Positions 9,422-18,740 of a DNA stretch of 64,000 nucleotides are shown here, piece by piece (position 1 is the first letter of the stretch; the number at the start of each line of letters is the position of its first letter). A model generated the notes under the pieces. That model worked only from the letters and a program-made list of their open reading frames with translations. It was not told where the DNA came from and did not search any database. The translations under genes were made by a program, and so were the position numbers. Source of the stretch: an uncultured Spirochaetales bacterium (GTDB lineage Bacteria > Spirochaetota > Spirochaetia > JAFGXN01); assembly GCA_949289575.1 (NCBI GenBank), contig CASEOG010000004.1, forward strand, positions 6,053 to 70,052, read 5' to 3'.

Positions 9422-10150
9422 ATGCATAATTCGATTTTGTTCGTTGCTCCCGATTCGGAAAAGCGGCAGCAACTGTTTAAAGCTTTATGGGGCGCCGGAT
9501 TTTCGGTACGCTGTTTTTCGAATCCGAACGACGTGCTGAATTCGGTATGGAATGATCCGCCGTCTCTGATTCTGATTCAAAATCAGGCAGAGACGTTCGA
9601 TTCCGTTCATTTCGTATGCGAAATCAGAAAAATATCGACGGTACAGATTGTTTTAATGCTTTCCGATTTGGAAGAGTGCGGAGCCGCCGAAGCATTGCAG
9701 GCCGGAGCCGATTCTCTTTTACCGTGGAAAATTGCACCGTCTCTTTTTCTCGAGTGGATTAAAGCTCTGTTTCGCCGGATTTCTTATTATCAGAACGGCA
9801 ATGAGGAAGGCCGTATCTTCTTTCGGGGTTTTGTTTTTCATGAGAAGGGACGTTATCTGGAATATCATCAGCAGAAAATCAGGATGGCCGATAAAGAATT
9901 CGATGTTTTGCAGGTCCTTTTGAAAAATGCCGGGAAACAGTTGAGCTCCAAATATATATATTCTCAGGTGTGGGGCGAAGTGTTCGGAGATATTTCGACG
10001 GTAGGTGTTCATATCAAGCGAATCAAACTGAAGCTTGCCCAATATGAAACCTATCCCTTTATTTCCAATATTTATAAAGCCGGATATGTGTTTGATAAAA
10101 AATGTCTGGATACGGGAATCCCCGATCCTTCGGAAAAAGAATTTCGTTAA
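9422..10150 (+). CDS. OmpR-family response regulator with degenerate receiver domain
   Basis: C-terminal wHTH (KEFDVLQVL, VWGE, TVGVHIKRIKLKL, IYKAGY). Receiver lacks the conserved Asp (SLILIQ) and acidic pair (VAPD). Confidence 0.82.
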   Translation: MHNSILFVAPDSEKRQQLFKALWGAGFSVRCFSNPNDVLNSVWNDPPSLILIQNQAETFDSVHFVCEIRKISTVQIVLMLSDLEECGAAEALQAGADSLLPWKIAPSLFLEWIKALFRRISYYQNGNEEGRIFFRGFVFHEKGRYLEYHQQKIRMADKEFDVLQVLLKNAGKQLSSKYIYSQVWGEVFGDISTVGVHIKRIKLKLAQYETYPFISNIYKAGYVFDKKCLDTGIPDPSEKEFR

Positions 10151-10215
10151 ATTCATCCGAATCACTTGTCATCAACCGTTTTTTGTGTTAAAGCATAGTT
10201 ATACGGAGGTGCGTT

Positions 10216-10257
10216 ATGAAAAAACTTTTTTTCTTTCCTCTCCTGTTCTCCCGGTAA
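10216..10257 (+). CDS. Putative leader peptide MKKLFFFPLLFSR
   Basis: Strong SD GGAGGT at 10205-10210, ATG 10216, TAA 10255-10257, upstream of a terminator and glyA. Confidence 0.5.
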   Translation: MKKLFFFPLLFSR

Positions 10258-10273
10258 CGGGTTATTGATATTT

Positions 10274-10307
10274 AAGAGAGGCTTCGGCCTCTTCTTTTCT
10301 TTTTTTT
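10274..10307 (+). terminator. Intrinsic terminator/attenuator directly upstream of glyA
   Basis: AGAGGC-TTCG-GCCTCT stem (cUUCGg loop) followed by TCTTTTCTTTTTTTT, ending just before the glyA SD. Confidence 0.75.
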
Positions 10308-10322
10308 AAAAGGAGCGTAAAC

Positions 10323-11831
10323 ATGTCGGTCTTGGATTACATTAAGGAAAAAGGTGCCGAAAACGTAACCGAAGGAATGATTGCCTATTGGGCATCTCTG
10401 GAAAAAGTGGCGGAAGTGGCGCCGAATGTCGCTTCGTCGATTGTCAAAGAGCTGGAGTCTCAACGGTCGTATCTGAAACTGATTGCCAGCGAGAACTTTT
10501 CGTCACTTTCGACGCAGCTGGCAATGGGCAACCTGTTGACCGATAAATATTCCGAAGGAATCCCGTATCACAGATTTTATGCGGGATGCGATAATGTCGA
10601 CGAAATCGAAGCGTATGCGGCCGAACAGGCGTGTAAGTTGTTCGGAGCCGAACACGCATACGTCCAGCCTCACAGCGGGGCCGATGCCAACCTGTGTGCT
10701 TATTGGGCCATTTTAAACGAGAAGATTCAGATGCCGATGCTCGAAGAGTTCGGAGAAATGAATCCGTCCAAACTGACTCAGGCCGATTTCAATAAAATCA
10801 GAGAAAAGTGCGGAAATCAGCGCCTTATGGGGTTGGATTACTATTCCGGCGGTCACCTGACTCACGGATACCGGTCGAATGTTTCCGCTCAGATGTTCGA
10901 GGCATATTCGTATACGGTCGACAAAGAGACCGGTCTGCTTGATTATGATGCCATCGAAAAACAGGCTCTGGAAATCAAACCTTTGATTCTTCTTGCCGGG
11001 TATTCGGCTTATCCCCGTCTGATTAATTTCAAACGCATGAAGGAGATTGCCGAAAAGGCCGGAGCCGTCTTTATGGTTGATATGGCTCACTTTGCAGGAC
11101 TGGTCGCCGGAGGGGTTCTGACCGGTGAGTATAATCCCGTGACTTATGCCGATGTGGTGACAACGACAACACACAAAACTTTGCGCGGTCCCCGCGGCGG
11201 TCTGGTTTTGTGTAAAAAGGAGTTTGCCGAATCGGTTGATAAAGGATGTCCTCTCGTAATCGGCGGACCGCTGCCGCATGTGATGGCCGCGAAAGCGATT
11301 GCCTTTACGGAAGCCAACAGCCCCGCTTACAGGCAGTATGCGGCGAACATTGTGAAAAATTGTCAGGCGTTTGCCAAAGCCTGTATCGATTTGGGAATGA
11401 AGGTGGCGACCGGCGGTACCGATAACCATCTTTTCCTGATTGATGTGACCGGCTACGGTCTGAACGGACGTCAGGCGGAAAGTGTTGTTCGCGAATGCGG
11501 GATTACGTTGAACCGCAACGCACTGCCTTTCGACCCGAACGGCCCCTGGTACACCAGCGGACTGCGGATCGGAACGGCTGCCGTAACGACATTGGGAATG
11601 GGTGAAGCCGAAATGAAAGAAATTGCTTCTATTTTCGATTTTGTTCTTTCGCAAACAAAACCTGCCGAAATCACCACCGGAGAAAAAGCGGGAACGCAGA
11701 GCAAAGCAAAATATACGGTTGCGCCGGAAGTGGTCGGCGAAGCCCGGAGCCGCGTTAAAGCCTTGCTGGACCGTTTCCCGGTTTATCCCGAATTGGATCT
11801 CGATGCGTTAAAAAAACGCTTTTGCTGTTGA
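10323..11831 (+). CDS. glyA: Serine hydroxymethyltransferase
   Basis: LIASENF, VQPHSGADAN, GGHLTHG, DMAHFAGL, TTTTHKTLRGPRGG (PLP lysine), SGLRIGT. Confidence 0.97.
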   Translation: MSVLDYIKEKGAENVTEGMIAYWASLEKVAEVAPNVASSIVKELESQRSYLKLIASENFSSLSTQLAMGNLLTDKYSEGIPYHRFYAGCDNVDEIEAYAAEQACKLFGAEHAYVQPHSGADANLCAYWAILNEKIQMPMLEEFGEMNPSKLTQADFNKIREKCGNQRLMGLDYYSGGHLTHGYRSNVSAQMFEAYSYTVDKETGLLDYDAIEKQALEIKPLILLAGYSAYPRLINFKRMKEIAEKAGAVFMVDMAHFAGLVAGGVLTGEYNPVTYADVVTTTTHKTLRGPRGGLVLCKKEFAESVDKGCPLVIGGPLPHVMAAKAIAFTEANSPAYRQYAANIVKNCQAFAKACIDLGMKVATGGTDNHLFLIDVTGYGLNGRQAESVVRECGITLNRNALPFDPNGPWYTSGLRIGTAAVTTLGMGEAEMKEIASIFDFVLSQTKPAEITTGEKAGTQSKAKYTVAPEVVGEARSRVKALLDRFPVYPELDLDALKKRFCC

Positions 11832-11872
11832 CTGTTTTGACTTTTTATGTTAAATAATTAACAGGATCTTTG

Positions 11873-11904
11873 AAAAAAGAAGTCGTTTTTCGACTTCTTT
11901 TTTT
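11873..11904 (+). terminator. Terminator hairpin between glyA and rimP (possible rimP-nusA leader attenuator)
   Basis: AAAAAAGAAGTCG-TTTTT-CGACTTCTTTTTT; lies downstream of TTGACT-17-TAAATA (11828-11856) and just before the rimP SD. Confidence 0.75.
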
Positions 11905-11921
11905 GTATCGTGAGGTTAATT

Positions 11922-12365
11922 TTGGAAAAGAGAGATGAAAACCGGGAACCCGATTCCGTTATCAGACCTGTGTGTGAAGCGCTTCATCTTCGGCTGATAG
12001 ATGCGGCCATGAGAAAAAGCGGAAACACGGTCGATTTCTCGATTGTTATCGATAAAGACGGCGGCGTGTCGACGGAAGACTGTGCCGCTCTTCATCAGAC
12101 CCTTTTTCTGAAATTACAGACTCTTTACAATAAAGATATCGGTCTGGAGATTTCATCACCGGGATTGGATCGCCTGCTGAAATATGAGGATGAATTCCCG
12201 CTGTTTAAAGGCCGTCGTGTCCGCTGGCTTCAAAAAGGAGAAGCCGATTACCTTACGGGAATGATTGTCGGAATGACAGACCGTATTGTTGTGTTTCAGA
12301 CAGATGCCGGAGAAGAAAAAGAGGTTTCTGTTGATGATATATTAAAAGCGAAACTAAACGGATAG
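11922..12365 (+). CDS. rimP: Ribosome maturation factor RimP
   Basis: IDKDGGVSTEDC, LEISSPGLDRLL; upstream of nusA. Start is TTG 11922 (GAGG SD) or GTG 11910. Confidence 0.9.
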   Translation: MEKRDENREPDSVIRPVCEALHLRLIDAAMRKSGNTVDFSIVIDKDGGVSTEDCAALHQTLFLKLQTLYNKDIGLEISSPGLDRLLKYEDEFPLFKGRRVRWLQKGEADYLTGMIVGMTDRIVVFQTDAGEEKEVSVDDILKAKLNG

Positions 12366-12374
12366 GAGTAAGAA

Positions 12375-13856
12375 ATGTCTCAAAAGTTCGGAGAAGTTCT
12401 TCGTAATTTGGCGAAAGAAATGGGGATTTCGGAAGATTTAATTAAAAAGGTCACGGAAGAGGTTTTGTTGACTGCTTATAAAAAGAATTACGGCACTGTC
12501 GATAATGCCGAGGTTCGTTTTAATGAGGAAGCCGACGGCTGGGTTCCGACGCTCTATTCCCGGAAAGAAGTTGTCGAGGATGTTTACGAAGAGGTCAAAG
12601 AAATCGAATTGGATGAAGCGAAGAAGCTTGAACCCGAAAGCGAAATCGGAGATACTCTTTTTATCGAAGTCGATCCTCTGATAGATTTCGACTATTCTGC
12701 CGTTCAGGCTGCCCAACAGAAAATGAAACAGCTGATACGTGATATCCAGAAAGACTCTCTTTATTCCGAATTTAAGCAGAAAGAGGGACAGCTGATTATC
12801 GGTTATTATCAGAGAGAAAAGAACGGAAATATTTTTGTCGATCTGGGGCGCATTGAGGGTGTTCTTCCCAAAAAATTCCAGTCTCCGCGCGAGATATACA
12901 AGCTGAACGACAGACTGAAATGTTATGTTTACGAGGTTTCGAAGGCCGGACCGCACGTTTCCATCACTCTTTCGAGAACCCACTCGGAATTTGTTCAGCG
13001 TCTTTTCGAAAACGAGATCCCCGAACTGACGGACGGAAGTATCGAAATCAAAAATATCGTTCGCGATGCCGGATTCAGAACAAAAATGGCGGTCTATTCC
13101 CGCCGCAGCGACATCGACCCTGTCGGTTCCTGCGTCGGATTAAAAGGTGTACGGATTCAGGGAATTATTACCGAATTGGAAGGCGAGCGTATCGATGTTG
13201 TCCGCTATGACTCGGACCCCAAAAAATATATCGCCAATGCACTTTCACCTGCTTCTCCCGAAGCCGTTTATATTTTGGACGATCATGCAAAAACAGCTCT
13301 TGCCGTTGTCAAGGAATCGCAGCTCTCTTTGGCTATCGGCAAACAGGGACAGAATGTCCGTCTGGCCAACCGGCTTGTGGATTGGAATATTGACGTGAAG
13401 ACCGAAGAACAGTTTGCCGAAATGGAACGTTCTCCCGAATTGCGTCAGGCAGTCGAAAGTCTTTTCAATCAGGCCGATGAAATTCAGAATATCCGCGAAC
13501 TGTCGGAAATACCCGCCCGCATTGCCGATATTCTGGCTTCCCACCGGATCGAAAAAATCGAAGACCTGATCAGTCTGAGCGATGAAGCGAAGGCGGAAAT
13601 TACCGAAATGAGTGCCGACGACTGGGATACGGTCGACAGGGTTCTTTCCGAGTCGGTTGATATTGTCGAAAACGAAGAAACGGAGATGCCCGCACAGGTT
13701 GAAGCCGGAGAAGCGGTTACGGGCGGGGAAGAAGAGGTTGAAGAGGTCGAAGTTTACGAATGTCCCGAGTGCGGACATGAAATTACTGCCGATATGACGA
13801 CCTGTCCGAATTGCGGTGTCGGATTGAGTTTCGAATACGAAGAAGAGGAAGAATAA
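12375..13856 (+). CDS. nusa: Transcription termination factor NusA with C-terminal Zn ribbon
   Basis: S1/KH motifs (RDAGFRTKMAV, DPVGSCVG, LAIGKQGQNVRLA); tail CPECG...CPNCG. Confidence 0.96.
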   Translation: MSQKFGEVLRNLAKEMGISEDLIKKVTEEVLLTAYKKNYGTVDNAEVRFNEEADGWVPTLYSRKEVVEDVYEEVKEIELDEAKKLEPESEIGDTLFIEVDPLIDFDYSAVQAAQQKMKQLIRDIQKDSLYSEFKQKEGQLIIGYYQREKNGNIFVDLGRIEGVLPKKFQSPREIYKLNDRLKCYVYEVSKAGPHVSITLSRTHSEFVQRLFENEIPELTDGSIEIKNIVRDAGFRTKMAVYSRRSDIDPVGSCVGLKGVRIQGIITELEGERIDVVRYDSDPKKYIANALSPASPEAVYILDDHAKTALAVVKESQLSLAIGKQGQNVRLANRLVDWNIDVKTEEQFAEMERSPELRQAVESLFNQADEIQNIRELSEIPARIADILASHRIEKIEDLISLSDEAKAEITEMSADDWDTVDRVLSESVDIVENEETEMPAQVEAGEAVTGGEEEVEEVEVYECPECGHEITADMTTCPNCGVGLSFEYEEEEE

Positions 13857-13867
13857 TCGAGAAACAT

Positions 13868-16507
13868 ATGGAAGAAGAGAACAAAAAGAAAACTTTGCTT
13901 GTGAAAAGCGTTCCCAGTGAGGAAAAACCCGCGGCAGCTCCCGTTACCGTGAGGAAAAAGGTTGTCAAAATCAAGGTAGCTTTAAAAAAGGATACGGCAG
14001 CGACGGGAGAGTCTTCGGGTGAAACAGCTGTTCCCGTATCTGCGGGAGAGACAGCTGCGGTTCGTGTCGAACCCAAAGCGACGGCCGCTCCTTCGGAAAA
14101 TTCTTCCGCACCGAAAATTCAGGCTGCCGGGTCTTCTCAAGAGGAAAAATCCGGAGAAACGGCTTCTTTCTCCGCAAGAACGGCGACCGTCACACGCAAA
14201 CCGGCAGAACCGGCGGCTCAGGCCTCTTTCTCGCGGCCGAAAACAAACCCCGACTATTTCGGTTTCGGACCGTCCCGCAACGGCAATCGGGACCGTAATT
14301 CGGACGGCAGAAGCGGGTTCGGTAACCGCGGTCCCGGACGTTACGACGGAGGGAGCCGCTTCGGAAACGGACAGGAGAGATCCGGTTCCTTTCGGACCGG
14401 CGAGAACGGCGGACGCTTCGGCGGTCAGAACGGATTTCCCCGCAGCGGATCGCCGTCGGGAGGCAACCGCTTTTCCGATCGCAACGGCGGCAGAAGCGGT
14501 GGTTTTGCATCGGGAACTCCCGGACGAACGGGCGGCGGTAATCGGCCTTTCGGCGGAAATTCTTTCGGTTCCCGTCCTTCGGGCGGCGGACCGGCGGCTC
14601 TGCCTCAAAAGAAGGTTAAAAAATTCTACACGAAAGGCAAAAATAAAGAAGAAGAAAGACGCGAACAGGAAGAAATTCTTTTCAGTCTGAAAGCCAAAAA
14701 GGAGAGCGTCAAAACCAATTCGGTTCCCAAAGAGATTAATATTTTGGATGCGATTACGGTTTCGGAACTTGCCAAAAAAATGAATCTCAAAGCCTCCGAT
14801 CTGATCGCCAAACTGATGTCGATGGGAATGATGTGTACAATCAACGATCAGCTGGATGCGGATACGGCGTCGATTCTGGCCGATGAGTTCGGATGTAAAG
14901 TCAATGTCGTATCGCTTTACGACGAAACGGTTATCGAATCGCAGGTTATCGACGAATCGAAAATGGTGAAGCGCCCGCCGATTGTGACCGTTATGGGACA
15001 TGTCGACCACGGAAAAACACGGCTGCTGGATGTCATTCGCGAATCGAATAAAATCGATACCGAGTCGGGGGGCATTACACAGCATATCGGTGCCTATAAA
15101 GTCACGCTGCCCGGAGATCAGGAGATTGTTTTCCTCGATACACCCGGACACGAGGCCTTTACATTAATGCGTGCCCGCGGAGCACAGATTACCGATATTG
15201 TCGTTCTCGTTGTGGCTGCCAACGACGGTGTGATGCCTCAAACCGTCGAAGCGATTAACCACGCAAAAGCGGCGGGTGTTCCCATTATCGTGGCTGTCAA
15301 CAAAATGGATTTGGCCGATGCCAATCCCGATCGAGTCAAACAGCAGCTTTCCGAGCACGGACTGGTTCCCGAAGACTGGGGCGGCGATACAATTTTTTGC
15401 GAAATTTCGGCGCTGAAGAAGACGGGAATCGACAATCTTCTCGAAAACATTATTCTGCTTTCGGAAGTGCTTGAACTGAAAGCCGGTCTCGAATGCCGGG
15501 CCGAAGGAACCGTTCTGGAAACCCGTGTCGATAACGGCCGCGGTATTATATCGACCGTTATTATTCAGCAGGGTGTTTTAAGAACCGGAGATCCCTTTGT
15601 GGCGGGCGTCTATTCCGGAAAAGTCAGAGCGATGTTCAGCGACTCGGGAAAGAAAATCAAAGAAGCGACTCCGGCAACACCGGTCGAAATCATCGGTTTC
15701 GACGGGATTCCCGATGCGGGTGTGCCTTTCACCGTCACCGAAAGCGAAAAAGAGGCCAAAAACATTGCCCAGAAACGTCAGGAACTGGAAAAAGCAATCG
15801 AATCGAAAAATCTGAAAAAGATCACTCTTGATAATCTCTACAGCACATATAAAGAAGGGAACCTTCCCGAGCTGAAAGTGATTATTAAGGGAGATGTTCA
15901 GGGATCGGTTGAGGCGATCCAGGCGGCATTGGAAAAATTGAGCAACGACGAAATCCGTCTTCACGTTATCCATACCGGAGTCGGTGCGATTGTCGAAAAC
16001 GACGTCAATTTGGCCATGGCTTCCAATGCGATTATTATCGGTTTCCATGTTCGTCCGATTCCCAAAGCAGCGGCGATTGCCGAGGAGAAAAAAGTCGAAA
16101 TCCGGAAATACAGTATTATTTACGATGTTGTCGAAGATATCGAGCTTGCCCTGGAGGGAATGCTGAGCCCCGAATACGAAGAGAAACTGCTCGGATCTCT
16201 TGAAGTACGGGATACGTTCCGGGTTCCGAAAGTCGGTATAATTGCCGGCTGTCATGTGACTTCCGGTGTCGTGAAGAGAAACGGTCGGGTTCGTCTGTTC
16301 CGCGATAATGTCGAAATTTATTCCGGAAAAATTGCCTCTTTAAAACATTTCAAAGACGATGTGAAGGAAATGAAAGAAGGTTTCGACTGCGGTCTCGGAA
16401 TTGAGAACTGTCAGGATATTCAGGTGGGCGACGTGATTGAGGCCTATGAAATGGTTGAAATCAAACGCCATCTCAAGTCTGCCGACGAAAAAGGGAAAAA
16501 GGCATGA
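13868..16507 (+). CDS. infB: Translation initiation factor IF-2
   Basis: [21 protein letters not shown]; start at ATG 13868 after the nusA stop. Confidence 0.97.
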   Translation: MEEENKKKTLLVKSVPSEEKPAAAPVTVRKKVVKIKVALKKDTAATGESSGETAVPVSAGETAAVRVEPKATAAPSENSSAPKIQAAGSSQEEKSGETASFSARTATVTRKPAEPAAQASFSRPKTNPDYFGFGPSRNGNRDRNSDGRSGFGNRGPGRYDGGSRFGNGQERSGSFRTGENGGRFGGQNGFPRSGSPSGGNRFSDRNGGRSGGFASGTPGRTGGGNRPFGGNSFGSRPSGGGPAALPQKKVKKFYTKGKNKEEERREQEEILFSLKAKKESVKTNSVPKEINILDAITVSELAKKMNLKASDLIAKLMSMGMMCTINDQLDADTASILADEFGCKVNVVSLYDETVIESQVIDESKMVKRPPIVTVMGHVDHGKTRLLDVIRESNKIDTESGGITQHIGAYKVTLPGDQEIVFLDTPGHEAFTLMRARGAQITDIVVLVVAANDGVMPQTVEAINHAKAAGVPIIVAVNKMDLADANPDRVKQQLSEHGLVPEDWGGDTIFCEISALKKTGIDNLLENIILLSEVLELKAGLECRAEGTVLETRVDNGRGIISTVIIQQGVLRTGDPFVAGVYSGKVRAMFSDSGKKIKEATPATPVEIIGFDGIPDAGVPFTVTESEKEAKNIAQKRQELEKAIESKNLKKITLDNLYSTYKEGNLPELKVIIKGDVQGSVEAIQAALEKLSNDEIRLHVIHTGVGAIVENDVNLAMASNAIIIGFHVRPIPKAAAIAEEKKVEIRKYSIIYDVVEDIELALEGMLSPEYEEKLLGSLEVRDTFRVPKVGIIAGCHVTSGVVKRNGRVRLFRDNVEIYSGKIASLKHFKDDVKEMKEGFDCGLGIENCQDIQVGDVIEAYEMVEIKRHLKSADEKGKKA

Positions 16508-16872
16508 ACGGACATCGGCCGGAACGGGTTGAATCACTGATTGCGGAAATTGTCGGTTCGATGCTTGTGTCGGGAAAATTAAAAGACCACCGGATTTCGC
16601 CTTTTGCGACCGTCACCTACGTGAAGGTCTCTTCCGATTTTGCGTATGCGAAAATCGGTATCAGCTGTTTCGACGGACAGCAGAAAGCGAAAAAGAGTGT
16701 TGCCGGTCTCAATTCCGCAAAAGGAATCATTCAGGCGGAACTGGCCCGAAAGATGAGGCTGCGCAACACTCCCGTTCTGACCTTTCTGGCGGATTCCTCT
16801 CTGGAAGAAGGTTATCTCATTAATAAAAAAATCGAGGAACTATTGATTGAATCGCCTGTTTCTGATAAATAA
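16504..16872 (+). CDS. rbfA: Ribosome-binding factor A
   Basis: TVTYVKVSSDFAYAKI, MRLRNTPVLTFLADSSLE; follows infB. Confidence 0.93.
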   Translation: MNGHRPERVESLIAEIVGSMLVSGKLKDHRISPFATVTYVKVSSDFAYAKIGISCFDGQQKAKKSVAGLNSAKGIIQAELARKMRLRNTPVLTFLADSSLEEGYLINKKIEELLIESPVSDK

Positions 16873-17716
16873 AGAGAGTGGGGTGACCTCTTTTCAGACG
16901 GTCTCCCGTGTTCGTAGAAAACTGAAAATAAAAAAAACCGGGCACGCCGGAACGCTGGATCAGTTTGCTTCCGGGTTGCTTTTGATTTTAACAGGTCGGT
17001 ATACGAGGCTTGTTGAATATTTTACGGATTTTGACAAAGTTTATCGTGCGACTTTCGAATTCGGAAAAGAAACGGATACTTTGGATCCCGAGGGACGGGT
17101 GATTGCCGAATCCGGGATTCCGCCCCTTTCCGAAATCGAAACCGCTCTTCCTTCTTTTTTCGGTAAAATATCCCAACAGCCTCCTCAGTATTCGGCCGTC
17201 CATATCGACGGTGAACGGGCTTACCGCCTGGCTTTGAAAGGACGGGAAGTCGAAATGCCTTCGCGCGAAATCGAGATTTTCGACTGGAAGATTCTCGATT
17301 ACCGGCCCCCGTTTCTCGAAGTGCAGATTCACTGTTCCAAAGGAACGTACATCCGTTCTTTGGCACGCGATTTGGGACGGGCCTGCGGCAGTTGTGCCTA
17401 TGTTACCCGGCTGGAACGGCTGGCGGTCGGCGGCTTTTCGCTCTCCGATGCGGTGACGGTCGATGCCTTAAGCGAATCGGGAGAGGAAGGTCTGAGAGAC
17501 GCCTCTTTGGCGGCGGGAGCCGGCTTCCCGGTTCTTTCGATTAAAGAGGTGTTTGCAGCCGATTATTTTAACGGGAAACCGATTGCGGCACATTGGTTCG
17601 ATACGGAAGCCGCCCCGGGGCTTTTTGCCGTTTTTTGCCGGGATCGGTTTGCGGGAATGGTCGAAAAAACCGAGACGGGATTTTTCCGTTACCGGTTTGT
17701 TCTGGCGGAAGAATGA
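16847..17716 (+). CDS. truB: tRNA pseudouridine(55) synthase
   Basis: GHAGTLDQFASG, QQPPQYSAVHIDGERAY, CSKGTYIRSLARDLG. Confidence 0.95.
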   Translation: MNRLFLINKESGVTSFQTVSRVRRKLKIKKTGHAGTLDQFASGLLLILTGRYTRLVEYFTDFDKVYRATFEFGKETDTLDPEGRVIAESGIPPLSEIETALPSFFGKISQQPPQYSAVHIDGERAYRLALKGREVEMPSREIEIFDWKILDYRPPFLEVQIHCSKGTYIRSLARDLGRACGSCAYVTRLERLAVGGFSLSDAVTVDALSESGEEGLRDASLAAGAGFPVLSIKEVFAADYFNGKPIAAHWFDTEAAPGLFAVFCRDRFAGMVEKTETGFFRYRFVLAEE

Positions 17717-18450
17717 AGATTACGGAATGGGACCGATTGCGTCCGGCAGCAGATCCGGTACCGGCAACCGTCGTCATCGGGGTCTTCGACGCTTTTCACC
17801 GCGGCCACCAAACGCTGACGGCCGCCGCTTTTGCCGAATCGGGGGAGGCCGTTCGGGTCGCCGTCACCTTCCGGGTGATGCCGCCGGGAAAAGGCAAACC
17901 GGTTTATCCGTTTCGAATGCGGTTGGCCGATTTGGAAGCCGCCGGGTTCGACGAAGCGGTTGTGATCGATTTTAACGCACGGTTTGCCGCGCTTTCGGCC
18001 GAACGGTTTTTCCGGAAGCTGACGGCCGCGTACCGGATCGACCGGCTGACTGTCGGTGCCGATTTCCGCTGCGGGAACGGCCGGGCGACTGCGGTTGCCG
18101 ATTTGGAACGGCTGCTGCCCCAAACCGCGGTGCAGGCGGTGATGCTGACCGGCGGAGCGGAACAGAAAGTGTCGGCAAGCGATATCCGCCGTTTTTTGGC
18201 GCAGGGACGTCCGGAGGCGGCCGCGGCGGTTTTGGTCAGACCTTACCGGCTGCCGATGCGGCTGACGGGAAAACGATGGGGTATCCGGCGGCGGTGCGGG
18301 TTGACGGTTCTGGCCGACGGCGTTTACGAAGCGCAGGTTGCCGGCGAAAAAATGAGAATCGGGGTGAAGGGGGCCCTGATTCGAACAGATCGGGAGTTAT
18401 TGGTGAAAAAGCCAATCGAAATAATTATTTTGTCGAGATATAAGGAGTAA
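17713..18450 (+). CDS. ribF: FAD synthetase (RibF-like) with degenerate riboflavin-kinase half
   Basis: IGVFDAFHRGHQ (HxGH), VGADFRCG, VSASDIR; no GFPTAN kinase motif; sits between truB and rpsO. Confidence 0.75.
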   Translation: MKITEWDRLRPAADPVPATVVIGVFDAFHRGHQTLTAAAFAESGEAVRVAVTFRVMPPGKGKPVYPFRMRLADLEAAGFDEAVVIDFNARFAALSAERFFRKLTAAYRIDRLTVGADFRCGNGRATAVADLERLLPQTAVQAVMLTGGAEQKVSASDIRRFLAQGRPEAAAAVLVRPYRLPMRLTGKRWGIRRRCGLTVLADGVYEAQVAGEKMRIGVKGALIRTDRELLVKKPIEIIILSRYKE

Positions 18451-18453
18451 AAC

Positions 18454-18723
18454 ATGGCATTGACAAAAGATCAGAAACAGGACATTATCGCGAAATTCGG
18501 CGGAGATGCGAAAAACACCGGTTCCACGGAAGTACAGATTGCTCTGATGACCGAGCGGATCAGAGATCTGACCGAGCACTTCAAGCTCAATCCGAAAGAT
18601 CACAATTCGCGCCGCGGACTGCTGCAGTTGGTCGGAAAACGCCGCCGTCTGCTGCGCTACTACAAAAGAGTCAATCTGAACGGTTACCGTGAACTGATTG
18701 CCAAACTCGAATTAAGAAAATAA
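18454..18723 (+). CDS. rpsO: 30S ribosomal protein S15
   Basis: [31 protein letters not shown]. Confidence 0.98.
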   Translation: MALTKDQKQDIIAKFGGDAKNTGSTEVQIALMTERIRDLTEHFKLNPKDHNSRRGLLQLVGKRRRLLRYYKRVNLNGYRELIAKLELRK

Positions 18724-18740
18724 TCTAAAGAAGGTATTTT

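Noticed and set aside
10151..10322. ZTP (pfl), THF or glycine riboswitch, or T-box, upstream of glyA
   Set aside because: No recognisable conserved aptamer or T-box sequence by eye; the region is better explained by uORF plus terminator. An Rfam scan is still needed.
13982..15151. Long antisense ORFs (389 aa here; also 1872-2726, 6505-7398, 10713-11654)
   Set aside because: They lie opposite well-conserved genes, have no motifs or SD, and are expected from codon bias.
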